From Amoebophrya sp. A120 (taxonomy: Eukaryota; Protista; Dinoflagellata): a stretch of DNA of 64,000 nt. Of this stretch, positions 36,401 through 48,784 are shown in pieces. The notes under the pieces are model-generated. The model worked only from the letters and a program-made list of their open reading frames with translations. It did no database searches and was not told the origin of the DNA. Location: NCBI GenBank assembly GCA_905178155.1, contig CAJINV010000005.1:4713394-4777393 (forward strand), read 5' to 3'. Position 1 is the stretch's first letter, and each line of letters opens with the position of its first letter. The position numbers and the translations under genes are program-made.

Positions 36401-38311
36401 AAGTTCAGCTTTTATTACAGACCCATTCCTCTGTCTTCATGTGTCCAATGCCATAGCATGCACACGTCTGTGACCCGGTCCCCGGATGCCTCCTCCTCCC
36501 CCGCAGCTTCTTGCCCCCGCTCCACCTCCTGCGCTACTTGACTATCACGACCCGTCTTCAGGACGTGGCCGAGGTCCGATGTCCTCACCGCTTTCGGCCA
36601 TGCCGCGGACAGCCTCGCCCGTTTCCCCACGGCAAAATTTTTGATCAGCCTCTCCCGCTTCGCATCCCTTTCCCACCCGTTGAAGACGGGTCCGGGGGGG
36701 CGTTCAGCCGTAGCAGTTGTGCCCAACAGCCGGCGCATGACCATGCGGTTTGGCAACCAAAATCTCCCTCGTGGCCCCGCCTTCCAAAAGTCCCTGCTCG
36801 GAAACACCTGACGCAGCGGCAAGTGGGCCGCGGGGTAGCCACCCTTATGCACTGCAAAAGTATCGCACTCGTAGTGATTATCGCAGTCATGCATTAAATA
36901 ATCTATCAAGGTAAAGGCGCATTACAAATGGCATTTGTAATGCTGAGCAAATTTGTGATGTCCTTTATACTAGTAAGCTACTTTTGCAGTTCATACCCCT
37001 TCCCGACTGGTAAGTCTTCCACGAAACGGTCGAGATAGAAGCCGCGAGAGGCCAAGTATCATGTGTAAAAACGTCCCCACCCCAGAACAACTCTGCATGC
37101 TGGAAATGTTTCTCTTTCTCATGCGGAGCCCCATGAGATGCATCCTCTAGCGGTGTTTTGGAATTTGTCATGCTCCAATCAGCATGATATCCTAGATCTG
37201 TGATGCTGCTTAGTTAGATCAAACAGCCCTACACTACGAGTCCAAATTTGTCATGCAAAAAAGCCAAAGCCTGTAGAATTGTCTAGCCGATTCTCCATCT
37301 TGACTATGGGGTGGGGACGTTTTTACAGAGGATACCAAGGAGTCCGTGTTCAGGGCAACCACGCACCTATCCCCGTTGCTCTCGCGGTATCAAATGCAGA
37401 AATGTCTGAGTCTGGAAGAATGCATGTTTGTCATGCTTGTCTGGCTTAGCTCTTAAATCTGTCACGCACGTTACCCAAGAGCTCCATTTTTCTGTGATGC
37501 AGAAGCGCAGTTTGTCATGCAGAATAGGCAACACCTAGAAGCTCAGAAACTTGTCATGCTGAGCCAGCATTTGTGGCCTCATCATGAGACGCCACCCAGC
37601 ATCACAAGTTTCCTGACCCAGACATTTTTACATTTGATACGCGGTACTCCGTGCCAATTTCGGTCCGGGCAATCGGGAACGTGCGAAAACGAAAATCTGA
37701 GAGAGTGACAGATTCTGAGTACGCCCGGAAAACCGCTCCGCCGTGCAGGAGGTCCGACGAGTTTTTTCCATCGGTCCCCGGGGCGTTCTCCTGGTGCACT
37801 TGGCTTTCGAAAACCGTTTTCAGGAAGGCCCGCATTTGCTCATCGTACGACAGTTCGAGTTCCTCGTACGAGTGTTCGAGTGCCGCATTTTGCACCTCGT
37901 TGTACTTGTCCTCGACGACAGCCGAATTCTCTATGCAGTGCAAAGACCGCTGGGTCTTCTACAAGGATCCAAACTTGTCGTGCTGTGTCTCAATCGCACA
38001 AAAAGAAAAATCTGTGTTGCATTCATATACAGCAAAAATTACAACCCACTTGCCACACATAGGGCCAATTTCTGATGCGGAATAGTGATCGAGAAGCCCT
38101 TGTCGCGCATTCTGTGATGCTTCAGGTTGCATTCCAGACCGTCTTTCGTCGTGGTGTACGCGTAGTTTTACACGATGCATGCCAAACCTTACACTCTTCC
38201 AGACCCAGAGATGTACATGAATTTCATATTCTCATCCACAAACCGATTCCCGAACAGCCCCGCTTGCATGTGCGTGGATACTATGGAAGCGACAGAAGAA
38301 GAAATCTTCAG
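33434..38311 (-). CDS. Multi-exon hypothetical protein with 10 introner introns; either the continuation of the kinase-TM gene or a separate gene; 3' end uncertain
   Basis: In-frame joins across all ten elements: FVDE-NSAV, TEYR-ESNG, TDSL-ASRG, PVGK-GGYP, DVCM-LVTS, HGAP-..ALTC, GFAE-PSRD, GPGN-HYRI, IYRS-VDAM, MATI-FSNV. No family motif recognised. Confidence 0.55.
33807..34069. mobile_element. TIR introner, family A
   Basis: Family A TIRs; direct repeat AGATT at 33802-33806 and 34070-34074. Confidence 0.9.
34094..34271. mobile_element. Putative atypical inverted-repeat intron (A-rich TIR, 3-bp direct repeat)
   Basis: GAAAAAAAAAACCA ... TGGTTTTTGATTTTTTCC; CAG at 34091-34093 and 34272-34274; removal bypasses a stop and joins IYRS-VDAMAT. 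Confidence 0.45.
34350..34610. mobile_element. TIR introner, family A
   Basis: Family A TIRs; direct repeat GTTTC. Confidence 0.92.
35299..35562. mobile_element. TIR introner, family A
   Basis: Family A TIRs; direct repeat GTTCA. Confidence 0.92.
35696..35976. mobile_element. TIR introner, family I (left terminus and direct repeat decayed)
   Basis: TCCTAAGCAAAAACGCCCCACCCCA ... TGGGGTGGGGATGTTTTTGCTCAGGATA; removing element plus 5 nt restores frame. Confidence 0.75.
36082..36455. mobile_element. TIR introner, degenerate
   Basis: TATCCACTTGGA ... TCCAATGCCATA; flanks GTATG/GCATG; joins DVCM-LVTSDF. Confidence 0.65.
36846..36995. mobile_element. TIR introner, family C
   Basis: TATGCACTGCAAAAGTATCG ... 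CTACTTTTGCAGTTCATA; flanks ACCCT/CCCCT. Confidence 0.85.
37057..37334. mobile_element. TIR introner, family I
   Basis: TATCATGTGTAAAAACGTCCCCACCCCA ... TGGGGTGGGGACGTTTTTACAGAGGATA; direct repeat CCAAG. Confidence 0.88.
37388..37639. mobile_element. TIR introner, family A
   Basis: Family A TIRs; direct repeat CGCGG; only about 48 bp of exon separates it from the previous element. Confidence 0.88.
37932..38228. mobile_element. TIR introner, family A (degenerate)
   Basis: TATGCAGTGCAAAGACCGCTGGGTC ... GACCCAGAGATGTACATGAATTTCATA; direct repeat TTCTC. Confidence 0.8.
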
Positions 38312-38539
38312 CTATAAGATTTATACGTTTTGATAAGGTCGGATCTTGTTCACGCGGGGGCACACGCGGTGGGTCTGATCATAAACGACGAGAGGAAACA
38401 TCAAAAAGTCAAGTTTAAGACCTATGTAGTGCATCCTGAATGAGGGTTATTTCAAATCGAATGCATGTATGCAGACGTTTGCGGTGGGTTTCTGAAAATC
38501 AGACTGTTGTATGCAGTAGCAGTTTTGCGTCGTCCTATA

Positions 38540-41500
38540 TTAGCACCAAACTCCAGTCAAATTGAAAGTTTCCTGTTCAATCATCGCTTCCATACTATAC
38601 AAGCCTGGTCCCTCGAAATTGGCGCCGTGGTATGCCTCGGCCGGGAGCGTTGGGAGCTGTTGAGATGTGAGCGCAGTATCGAAGAAAATTGCGTCGTGGA
38701 TGCGTTGGGCGTCGCGCGTATAGTAGTAAACCACCTTGGGGTGCGCAAGTGCGGTCCGTGGAAAAAATCGGAGGCTGGTTGTCAATTCAAGAGACATCAA
38801 TTCAGCGTCGTGGTCCAAATCGCTAGTGCTTGTTTCAGCAATCGCATTTCCGAGCGCGATTCGGCGCAGTAACAGTGTCCAAAACATGGTATCCAGCATG
38901 GCCCTGGCTTTCTCCTCGGTAAACGTGTAAGTCCGCTGGAACTCTGGCTCGATGGAACTCATCCTTTCCAGGTCGAGATCGAAAAAAAGGAAAAATGCGT
39001 CCAGGTCCCAGGGATGAACGCGGACTTGCAAAAGGTCTTCAAACATCTTCGCCGTCCGGAACTTCCACGCTAGCAGTTCTTTCACCGACCAATTTGGATT
39101 TGCACTGACCCACTGTTTTTTCATAGTCCACCTCTTGGACACGTCCCCGCCAAATCCCCGGTGTACGCGCCACATGGCCGGCCGCACGGTCTCGTCCAGG
39201 AAGTCGCTTGTCAGGTAGTCGTTCGACATATTGATCGTCTCATCTGCCGACGTTGTCGTGGAGGTGAACGTGCTAAAGTTCGTCAGCATTCTATCAAATG
39301 GAAAAATCGCCCCGCTTCATATTGAAAAGAACGTTTCTGATGCTGGATTTGGATACACAAATCACATCTGTGTTACAGTAGAGGAATGCACGCAGATCCT
39401 GAGCCTAGGCGGGGGCCTTTTGGTGTAGGTGCGTAGCATGCTAGACGGCTACCCTGTAAGCCTTACAGCATCACGCATCGCTTCCATAACGTGGCGGACT
39501 GCCTGCGTGTGCCTTCTTGCAAGACAGGTCCGACTTGTGGCCACAAATCTGCATCGCAAATTTTCAGATGGATGCGTTTTTAATATAGGGAGGGGGGTGG
39601 ATTTTTCCTCACAATACATTCGCATCTGAAGGTAATCCCGAACGGAATTTTGGGAAAAGCCGCCAGGCTGGAGGTTGCCGGCCTCTATCAAACGCAAATC
39701 TGTGTGGGTTTGGAAGATTGCGAGATTTGTCATGCGGGTCCGGCATGACTCTGCCCTCTGTATTGCGGGGCCGCAAAGAGCTCCTTTTCCCTGTCATTCT
39801 TCAAAAACGCACTTTCTCATGCGCAACAAACAACTCACGACCACGGAAAAGACTGGCCATGCTTGGCAGCGCATTAGTACAGTGTGCTCATAATTATTCC
39901 CTAACTTGCATCACAACCTCCCAGAGGACCCAGACATATTTGCAGTGCATATCCGCGTCGTAAAGAAGTCTCGGATTTTCCACGCTCTCCACGTAGGGCC
40001 CGTACACAATTTCCTTCGGAAACGGGGGCCGCGGCTTCAACCTCGCGTAGGAAAGGTGAATTTTGTCGTCGCGAATGTTTTCGAGAAAATGATGCTGGAG
40101 GGTCAGGTTTTTTAGCGCCGTTGGAAGAAGTTGATTGTTCTGCGCAGCTGGGACAGCGGGAGGAGCAGTAGAGCCATCAGCATGCTGAAGATTCTCATTG
40201 TCATGCGCTGGTGGACTTCTAACAGGGGGCGTGCTTGCTGGTGTTAATATGCTTCTCCGATTTATTGTCAGCTGCATTTGAAGGAAAGACATGTCGGATT
40301 GGATTGCCGCGCCACGCCGTGAAGAACGGTCCGGAAGAACATGGTCTTCATCGTGGACACCGTCATCCCCATTCACCTTCGCATGGTGCACTTTTTCTTC
40401 CGCAAGCTCGTCCTGCAGCCCCGTCGAGAGAAAAGAAGCTCGTCCAGCAGGAGCTCCAGCTTGGGCAGAACCAGGCGATGGCGTCTGGGTCTGAAAAACT
40501 TCCGGAAGTGTCGGGCCCTCTATCCCAAACTCACTCAAGTCATACCTCTCCGCCAGCAGACTGGCGACCAATACCTCGTCCCCGCGAAACCGGTTCCACC
40601 GCAGCTCCTTTTTCAGTTCCTCTGTCAGCCGCTGCGACTCCCCGGACCGCATCGGCGCGGGACGCTCCCCTTGGGTTTTCCCACTGGGTGGGACCCACTT
40701 CGCGGGAATTTTGGCGCGGACAGTCGGGGGGATGGCTTTCGGTTTCGGCGGGGCTATAATCTGCGGCGCTTGTTGAGGTGGACTACCTGATGGGGGGGTA
40801 GTAGAACTACTACTACCTGGATCATTCGCCCCACCATCTGGTGCCGGTCGTGCTCCTCCATCTCCTCGCTGCGGACCAATCAAAAGCTCGACATCGGGAA
40901 CAATGCGCCGACTCGGTATTCCTCCACGAGCTCCCCCGGGTCCTGCGCCGCCTGTCGTTCCTCCAAGCGGCTGACCTGGTGCGGGCGCGCCGCCTGGAGC
41001 AGAAGCAGGTCCTCCCAGCGCCGGTGCTGGTTCTTGCTGCATACTACCACCCCCGCCGGCCGCGGTACCACCTCCGGGATGAAGAAGAGTTTGCTCCTCC
41101 TCGTGAGTCGTGGACGACGTCTCTTTTTTCTCGTCATTTTTCTGTTCCTTCGGTACCGAAAAGACCAACACTAACGTGATCGTCAGTGCAACGACGATCA
41201 CAGAAACCACGACGGCTCCGACCGTCCAGACCTTCCAGTTTTTTGCGAGCGCAGATGTGGCAGTGGCATGACCTTCCTCGTCGCTGTGATCCTTAAGAAC
41301 GCGATCCGTTTGGAGATCGTGATACTGGGAGTTATCATAGTCTGCAAGCCGTTTCAGAAAGTCGTCAGAGCGTTTTGCTTCATCATCCGGTTGTAGAACA
41401 AGTTCTTGTTCCTGTATAAGATCTTGCTCGTCACCAGCATCGGCGTTCTGCAGTTGCTGCTGTTGCAACAGCAGCATCTGCGCCATAGCCAATCCCTGCG

Positions 41501-44500
41501 GGTTCTGCCGCTGATCGTGCACCGCCTTTAGGGTGGATAGATTTGGAACGAGAAATCTGGATTTTATTTTCTCCCGGGGGCCACGAGCTGACTCTGGGTC
41601 ACGACCATCTTGATCTTGCCCCTCGCCGTCCTCCTGCTCCGTGCTTTCTTCCTCCCTCACAAAAATCTTCTCGACCACTTCCGGCCTGATTTTTGCTTTC
41701 CTGCAAGTCTTCCAGGAGAAGTCAGAGCCACTCATCTCCTCCAAGGCGGTTTTGATCTCTTCCGCGGATATCCGCTTTTTCGGGTCTTTCACGAGACAGT
41801 GCTGCAGAATACCGTTCAAGTGCTCGAACTGCAACTGACTTTCCTCGGGCAAATAAACTGTAGTTGTTGTGTCGGCTTTTGATTGTGCTGTTGGGGTTGT
41901 ATGATCTGATCGTCCTCTTGCTGGTCCATCTGCGACGGCATCAGGCGCGACGAAGTTTTTGTGTTCTCGAAGTAGGTCATCAGCGTCGTCGTCCTTCGAC
42001 GTCTTTCGGTTATTTGTGCGTGACATTTTCTCTAGTACTTCTAGAGGTTCAACGTGTGAAGAGAACTGTATTAACTTGGATGGCGGGGAAGTGTAACTTT
42101 GCTTTTCTCTGCCACCTGGTGCCGTTTTTGCCGCGGAATCTCGCTGGGACCCTCGGGAACGCGAAGATGGTATGCAGAAAAACAAAATAAAACCTTCGTC
42201 AATGATGAGATGAAGTACACGCACTCTTTAGAAGTGCAGCCTGTACTTACACCAGAAATATATAACGCGCCGTTCTCCTAGACGTAACAGGTTCTTCCTG
42301 GATCTTCATACACAATCGTAAGAAACGATGAATATGAACCAAGCAAAAAAACGGACACTCATCTCCTGGGATTTATGCGTACTGTAATGTCACATCAAAC
42401 ATTCATGCCTCGGTCGTGCACGTGTCGCAGAAACTGCATCTACACAGTAATCGTCATGACGAAAGTAGATTTTCTCGTGCGGATAGATGACGCATGATCT
42501 ACTTCAGCCCCAATGCCAGAAGTCGTCCCCACGTTCTTCGAGGGGGGTATCAAAGTGCTGGCCGTGCTCTGGAATTCCAAGTGCTGCTCGTTCTCTATAA
42601 TAGTGGCCGGGTAAAAATCTTCTTCTTGTTTATCGGAGTTCTTTTTGCTATTTGATTTCGACAGCAATCCCGCCTGGCCGCTTGAAGAAAGTGTAGGCCT
42701 CTTATGTTCCTCGTCTAGTACCCGTTCCACTTCTTCTATGGGAAATCGCTTGACCTGCGGAAACTGAATCACCAAGTCCGGATCTATCACCGCAAACATA
42801 ACCCGATTATACCCCCCTCCGGCGGCTCCGCCCGCCTTGGAACTCAATCGCATCAGGTGCTCGAACGGCGTTCGTAAATGGATCAATTGGTACAGAATGA
42901 TCCCCAACGCCCAGCAGTCCGTATCAAATGCGAAAATGTCTGGGTCTGGAAGAAGCCGCATTTTTGCCATGCTGTTTTCGCATGACACAAGAGGTTCGGC
43001 ATGGAAGCCCCTAGCATCACAGGTTTCTACATCAAGGTTCCGCAATGCCTAATCTGCATGATAAATCCCTCATTTTCTTGGTGACAGGAAAGGGGCAGCT
43101 TTTGCCTCCTATGCATGAGAGATTTTTCTGTGTTCTGAAATGCGCATCACAAGTTTGCATTCTCCCAGACCCCGACATATTTGCAATTCATAGTCCGCCG
43201 CGGGTCGCATTTTCAACAGCTGGTCCGCGTTTTCCAAGTTTTCCGTATCAAAATGAAGAATCCCCCCTCCCCATATCAAAGCGGAAACCTGTGACGCGGG
43301 ATTTGTGTACACAAATCACATTTGTCTTGCAGGAAAGCACTGCTCGCAGATCGCAAGCCTAAGGGGGGGCCTTTTGGTGTAGGGGCCTAGCATGGCAGAC
43401 GTCTGCCCTGCAGGCCTTGCAGCATTACAAACGGCCTGCATATCGCGGCGGACTCTCTGGCCTTGCAAGACAAACAGGACTTGTGGTCACAAATCTGCAT
43501 CACAAATTTGCGGAAAGACATGTTTTCAATATGGGGAGGGGGGATTTTTCATTTTGATATTCCGGCTGGTAAAAGCACTCCGGCGCCATGTACAACAGCG
43601 TCCCCGCGTGGTTTTGCCGAGTCACATACGACTTCTCCTCTGCAAACTGCTTCGCGAGCCCAAAATCGGACAGTTTTATCTTCACATGGAAATAAGACCG
43701 CTTCATATGATTTTCGAACGTCGGTGAACCTCCTTGATCGTCCACTAGAGGTTGCTGCACGTAGTCCGCCTCCACGTTGGAGTGGAAAACGAGGAAGTTC
43801 GCGGGCTTCAAGTCAAAATGAGCGACCTGCACGCTGTGGATGAAGGCGACGGCGTCCACCATCTGGGTCCAACAATGGAGTAGAAGTGGCAGCGACATCC
43901 CCCCGTCTGGAATGTTCATGCTGTGATAAAGCGCTTCGATGGTCCTCTCCGTCTTCTCTGAAGTGAAGTTATCGACTTCTTCCAGCGGTGTTGACGGTGA
44001 GGTTTTCGTGTTACTGCTTTTACGTCCCACCTCAGAATTTTTCATCATCGTCTTGCTTCCCTTCTTCGTCTTCGTGTATTTCAGAAACCTTTTCTGGTAT
44101 TTCGCGAAGTCGCAGTCGGCGAGCTCGAGCAAGAGAAACATTTTCAAATTCTCCGGCTCGTAGTTGGCGCCGTAACTCTGGATGATGCAGTCGAGCTTTT
44201 TCGCGTTTAATTTTTCCAGGATTTCAATTTCCTTCACATACGCGTTGTACTGCCGCTTATCCTGCGCGGAGACCGCCTTCAGCGCGAATTCCCTTTTGCC
44301 TATCAAATGTAAAAATGTCTGGGTCTGGAATATTCTGAGACTTGTCACGCAGGTTTTCCATGGCCCATGATGTCTGTGATGCATGCCCTAGCATCACATA
44401 TTTTTTGAGGGCATCTTGATGCCTAGTCCGCATGACAAATGTCCTCTCTGCGTGGCAAAAATTACATTCTCTTTGCTGCTCATGCAATACAAGTTTTTTT

Positions 44501-45584
44501 GGAATCCAAATGCAGCATCACAAGTTGCAACCTTCCAGACCCAGACATTTTTGCATTTGATATTGCCCCGGGTCGCGCGAAAAACCTCCGCGCTGCCGCC
44601 TCGCCCGAGAAACTCTTGGACGAGGAAGCTGCCCTGAGAGATGTGAAACGAGCTGTTGGTGGTGATCAGAGTCGGTGGTGATAGTTGTTGTACAACGGGT
44701 TCAAGAACTCGTTCATCCAAAATAGCAGGAGGAGGCGCAGCTCGCGCTTGATTACTCCCGAGAACACCTGTAGACACTGAGGCTTTCCATTCTTCATTTT
44801 TCCTGTTGAGTGATAAGCCAGAAGAGGTCCGCGACTTCTGCCCTGTCGAAGTGGTAGACTTCTCAAATTTGTAACTAGGCGGAGGTGGAGTGCCAGTCGT
44901 GGTTCTCCCTTTCGTTCGGTTGGTTGCTGTGCTGGAGTTATTTCTCGTCGTCGACGTCGATTCATAATTTGTTGATGTCGCTGGAGGTCGGTCACTAAAA
45001 ACTTCATCACGGTCGCTCCGTCTTTGTTCTGCTTTTTCCCTTCCTCCAGCCCGTTGTCCCCCCGGCGTGTTCCTCGGAGATAAAGTTGTTCCTGTCGTGT
45101 AGTGGTACAGATCCCCCACGCGCTCGCCATTCTCATCGCTGCTGCTGGTGCTGAGCAAGGTCGGAAACTGCTCGTAGTTGACGATCATGTTGTTGGAACT
45201 GTGGGTAGTTGTTACACGGGGGCTGGAGTTCCTTCTGGGATCGCTGTTGTAGCTGTCGTTTTTACCTTCCTCGTGCTGGTCCGGAGGAGGTTGTAGTGGA
45301 ACCTGAGCCACTCGCTCTGGTGGTAAGAACTCTTCTCTCCCGCGCCCATGCTGTCGTTGCTCTGGACCTTGAGCCGATGCACCAGGTCGTGATGACGAAA
45401 ATAACCGTCCTTGCGGAGCGGGAGGAAGTTGCGAAGAGTCGTCTGTCGCCCAATCCTTCTTCCGCGGTGCCTCGTAGTGATGGTCTTTTTCTTCACCCCC
45501 CTGGTGACTCATCACTTTCCAAACCCGATTCTTGCGTTCCGCCTTTGCTGGTAGTGGTGGTGGTGCAGCTGCTCGGGGGTTCTC
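38540..45584 (-). CDS. Mps1/TTK-like protein kinase followed by a single transmembrane helix and a long C-terminal region; start exon not resolved
   Basis: Spliced motifs LGRGGSAEVF, FALKAV, YVKEIEILEKL, WTQMVDAVAFIH, HFDLKPANFLV, IKLSDFGLA, GTLLYMAPE, DCWALGIILYQL..TPF, AVIDPDLVIQFP and CLVKDPKKRIS; TM VWTVGAVVVSVIVVALTITLVLVFSV (about 41155-41232); six introners removed in frame. Confidence 0.75.
39292..39616. mobile_element. TIR introner, family B
   Basis: TATCAAATGGAAAAATCGCCCC ... GGGGTGGATTTTTCCTCACAATA; direct repeat CATTC; joins LQMRM-LTNF. Confidence 0.85.
39686..39951. mobile_element. TIR introner, family A
   Basis: TATCAAACGCAAATCTGTGTGGGT ... ACCCAGACATATTTGCAGTGCATA; flanks GCCTC/TCCGC; joins LYDA-DGNLQ. 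Confidence 0.8.
42171..42485. mobile_element. TIR introner, degenerate
   Basis: TATGCAG..AAAAT....TTCGTCAATGA vs TCATGACGAAAGTAGATTTT..GCGGATA; flanks GATGG/GATGA; joins DHASS-SRSRG and links kinase subdomain X to XI. Confidence 0.65.
42922..43192. mobile_element. TIR introner, family A
   Basis: Direct repeat GTCCG; removal rebuilds kinase subdomain IX AAD-CWALG. Confidence 0.92.
43246..43559. mobile_element. TIR introner, family B
   Basis: TATCAAAATGAAGAATCCCCCCTCCCCATAT ... ATATGGGGAGGGGGGATTTTTCATTTTGATA; direct repeat TTCCG. Confidence 0.92.
44301..44562. mobile_element. TIR introner, family A
   Basis: Direct repeat TTGCC; removal joins the kinase Gly-loop to the subdomain II lysine (ATRG-KREFALK). 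Confidence 0.93.
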
Positions 45585-46509
45585 CTACATTCGCGAGCAG
45601 TAGCTGGCTGCTTGATTATAGCCGGTCCGAACCTCTTAAAAAGAAAACATTTTAGTGGCGGATATAGTACTACCTGGTATAGAACCAGTACTCAAAGTGT
45701 TTTTGACTTCACCCTATATGGACAAGGACTTGTGATCATGAAGAGGGGGGCACAGGCCCAGCGGCAGGTGCTTCTCTTGTTGAGTTTTGTCATTTCGATC
45801 ATGTCTACCTACAACGACTCCGATTGATCATCTAAACGAGAAAAGCAAAAGCCATCTTCACGACCAAGTGGCTAGAGATATTCTGATGTCTGAACTAAAA
45901 CTATGAGTAGGAGCCAAAGTCAGAAAGACTGTATGATAGCAAGGGTCCTCGTGAGAGGTTGGCTGCAAATACAGTGTGGACAAGTCATGATTTAGATTCT
46001 TGTCGCCGATAGATAATAATCACCACAACTAGAAGTTGCCCAGGAACTACATCAACTAACTTTTTTTTTGTTTTTATCATCATCAGTAGAACTTTCTAGA
46101 CAAAAACGTTGATGTGGTAGTCGTAGAGGTAGTGAATGAATAGTACCAAAGAAAACCGTTTCGCAACCGAAGTGGAAAATAGCAAAAGTGAGAAGTTAAA
46201 TCACTACGTACCGTCGATTGTGAGCGATGACAGACACGATTGCGCGGTCGGTTCCGGTTGTGAAAATTCATATGTGCCGACAGCGAACTTCTCACAGCGA
46301 GTGGCCGCCCGATGAATCATGTTCCGAATCTTGCAGACCGAAGGGGAATCTTCGTGTAACTACCGACACCACGATGTATTCATGATGAGTTGGTCCGAGC
46401 ACTTCTACCTCGAATAGGTGACCACTAGTACATAACTCAGCATCCGATCTTTTGCGACGTAGGACGATATGATCTAGCACTACTCAGTCCGCACAAGCAA
46501 CTTCTTCCT

Positions 46510-48784
46510 CCTCATTTTGGCTTGCTGTTTCGCAGATGCGACTCAGCGCAACGTGCGGATTGGCAGCGCTTCCTTTCCAAAAGGCGTTTTTTGGTCAGTC
46601 TTTCGCGCCCGACATCTTTTGGCTTGTGCCAGAAAGCTGTCGGATAAGAACATAGACAGTCACACGCCGGACTCCGAAAGGCAAAATTCAGAATCCGCAG
46701 GGATATGCGACTTTGTGACGCCACGATCGCCTGTCCCGCGACTTGGAAATGTCTAGACATTTCCAGGAAATGTCTAGACATTTCCAGGAAAAGATGGAAC
46801 TTTTCCGCCTCATCTTGGATTGCTGTTTCGCAGATGCAACTCAGCGCACCGTGCGGATTGGCAGCGCTTCCTTTCCAAAAGGCGCTTTTTGGTCCGCATT
46901 TCGCACCCGACATCTTTTGGCTTGTGCCAGAAAGCTGTGGGATGCGAAGGCAAACAGCCAAGCGCCGGACTCTGAAAGGGAAAGCTCCGAATCCGCACGG
47001 GACTACGACTTTGTGACGCCACGATCCCCTGTCCCGCGACTTGGAAATGTCTAGACATTTCCAGGAAATGTCTAGACATTTCCAGGAAAAGATGGAACTT
47101 TTCTGACTCATTTTGCACTTCTGTTTCGCAGATGCGACTCAGCGCACCACGCGGATTAGCAGCGCTTCCTTTCCAAAAGGCGCTTTTTGGTCCGCCTTTC
47201 GCACCCGACCTCTTTTGGCTTGTGCCAGAAAGCTGTCGGACGCGAAGACAAACAGCCAAACGCCGGACTCCGAAAGGGAAAGTTCCGAATCCGCACGGGA
47301 CTACGACTGTGTGGCGCCACGATCCCCTGCCCCGCGACTTGGAAATGTCTAGACATTTCCAGGAAATGTCTAGACATTTCCAGGAAAAGATGGAACTTTT
47401 CCGACTCATTTTGCACTTCTGTTTCGCAGATGCGACTCAGCGCACCGTGCGGATTAGCAGCGCTTCCTTTCCAAAAGGCGCTTTTTGGTCCGCCTTTCGC
47501 ACCCGACCTCTTTTGGCTTGTGCCAGAAAGCTGTCGGACGCGAAGACAAACAGCCAAACGCCGGACTCCGAAAGGGAAAGTTCCGAATCCGCACGGGACT
47601 ACGACTGTGTGGCGCCACGATCCCCTGCCCCGCGACTTGGAAATGTCTAGACATTTCCAGGAAATGTCTAGACATTTCCAGGAAAAGATGGAACTTTTCC
47701 GACTCATTTTGCACTTCTGTTTCGCAGATGCGACTCAGCGCACCGTGCGGATTAGCAGCGCTTCCTTTCCAAAAGGCGCTTTTTGGTCCGCCTTTCGCAC
47801 CCGACCTCTTTTGGCTTGTGCCAGAAAGCTGTCGGACGCGAAGACAAACAGCCAAACGCCGGACTCCGAAAGGGAAAGTTCCGAATCCGCACGGGACTAC
47901 GACTGTGTGGCGCCACGATCCCCTGCCCCGCGACTTGGAAATGTCTAGACATTTCCAGGAAATGTCTAGACATTTCCAGGAAAAGATGGAACTTTTCCGA
48001 CTCATTTTGCACTTCTGTTTCGCAGATGCGACTCAGCGCACCGTGCGGATTAGCAGCGCTTCCTTTCCAAAAGGCGCTTTTTGGTCCGCCTTTCGCACCC
48101 GACCTCTTTTGGCTTGTGCCAGAAAGCTGTCGGACGCGAAGACAAACAGCCAAACGCCGGACTCCGAAAGGGAAAGTTCCGAATCCGCACGGGACTACGA
48201 CTGTGTGGCGCCACGATCCCCTGCCCCGCGACTTGGAAATGTCTAGACATTTCCAGGAAATGTCTAGACATTTCCAGGAAAAGATGGAACTTTTCCGACT
48301 CATTTTGCACTTCTGTTTCGCAGATGCGACTCAGCGCACCGTGCGGATTAGCAGCGCTTCCTTTCCAAAAGGCGCTTTTTGGTCCGCCTTTCGCACCCGA
48401 CCTCTTTTGGCTTGTGCCAGAAAGCTGTCGGACGCGAAGACAAACAGCCAAACGCCGGACTCCGAAAGGGAAAGTTCCGAATCCGCACGGGACTACGACT
48501 GTGTGGCGCCACGATCCCCTGCCCCGCGACTTGGAAATGTCTAGACATTTCCAGGAAATGTCTAGACATATCCAGGAAAAGATGGAACTTTTCCGCCTCA
48601 TTTTGCACTTCTGTTTCGCAGATGCGACTCAGCGCACCGTGCGGATTAGCAGCACTTCCTTTCCAAAAGGCGCTTTTTGGTCCGTCTTTCGCACCCGACA
48701 TCTTTTGGCTTGTGCCAGAAAGCTGTCGGACGCGAAGACAAACAGCCAAACGCCGGACTCCGAAAGGGAAAGTTCCGAATCCGA
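46510..48784. repeat. Tandem array, 298-bp unit, about 7.6 copies, each full unit with a 43-bp near-perfect palindrome
   Basis: CTCATTTTG..TTTCGCAGATGCGACTCAGCGC at 298-bp steps from 46510 to 48596; TGGAAATGTCTAGACATTTCCAGGAAATGTCTAGACATTTCCA in each full unit. Confidence 0.95.
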
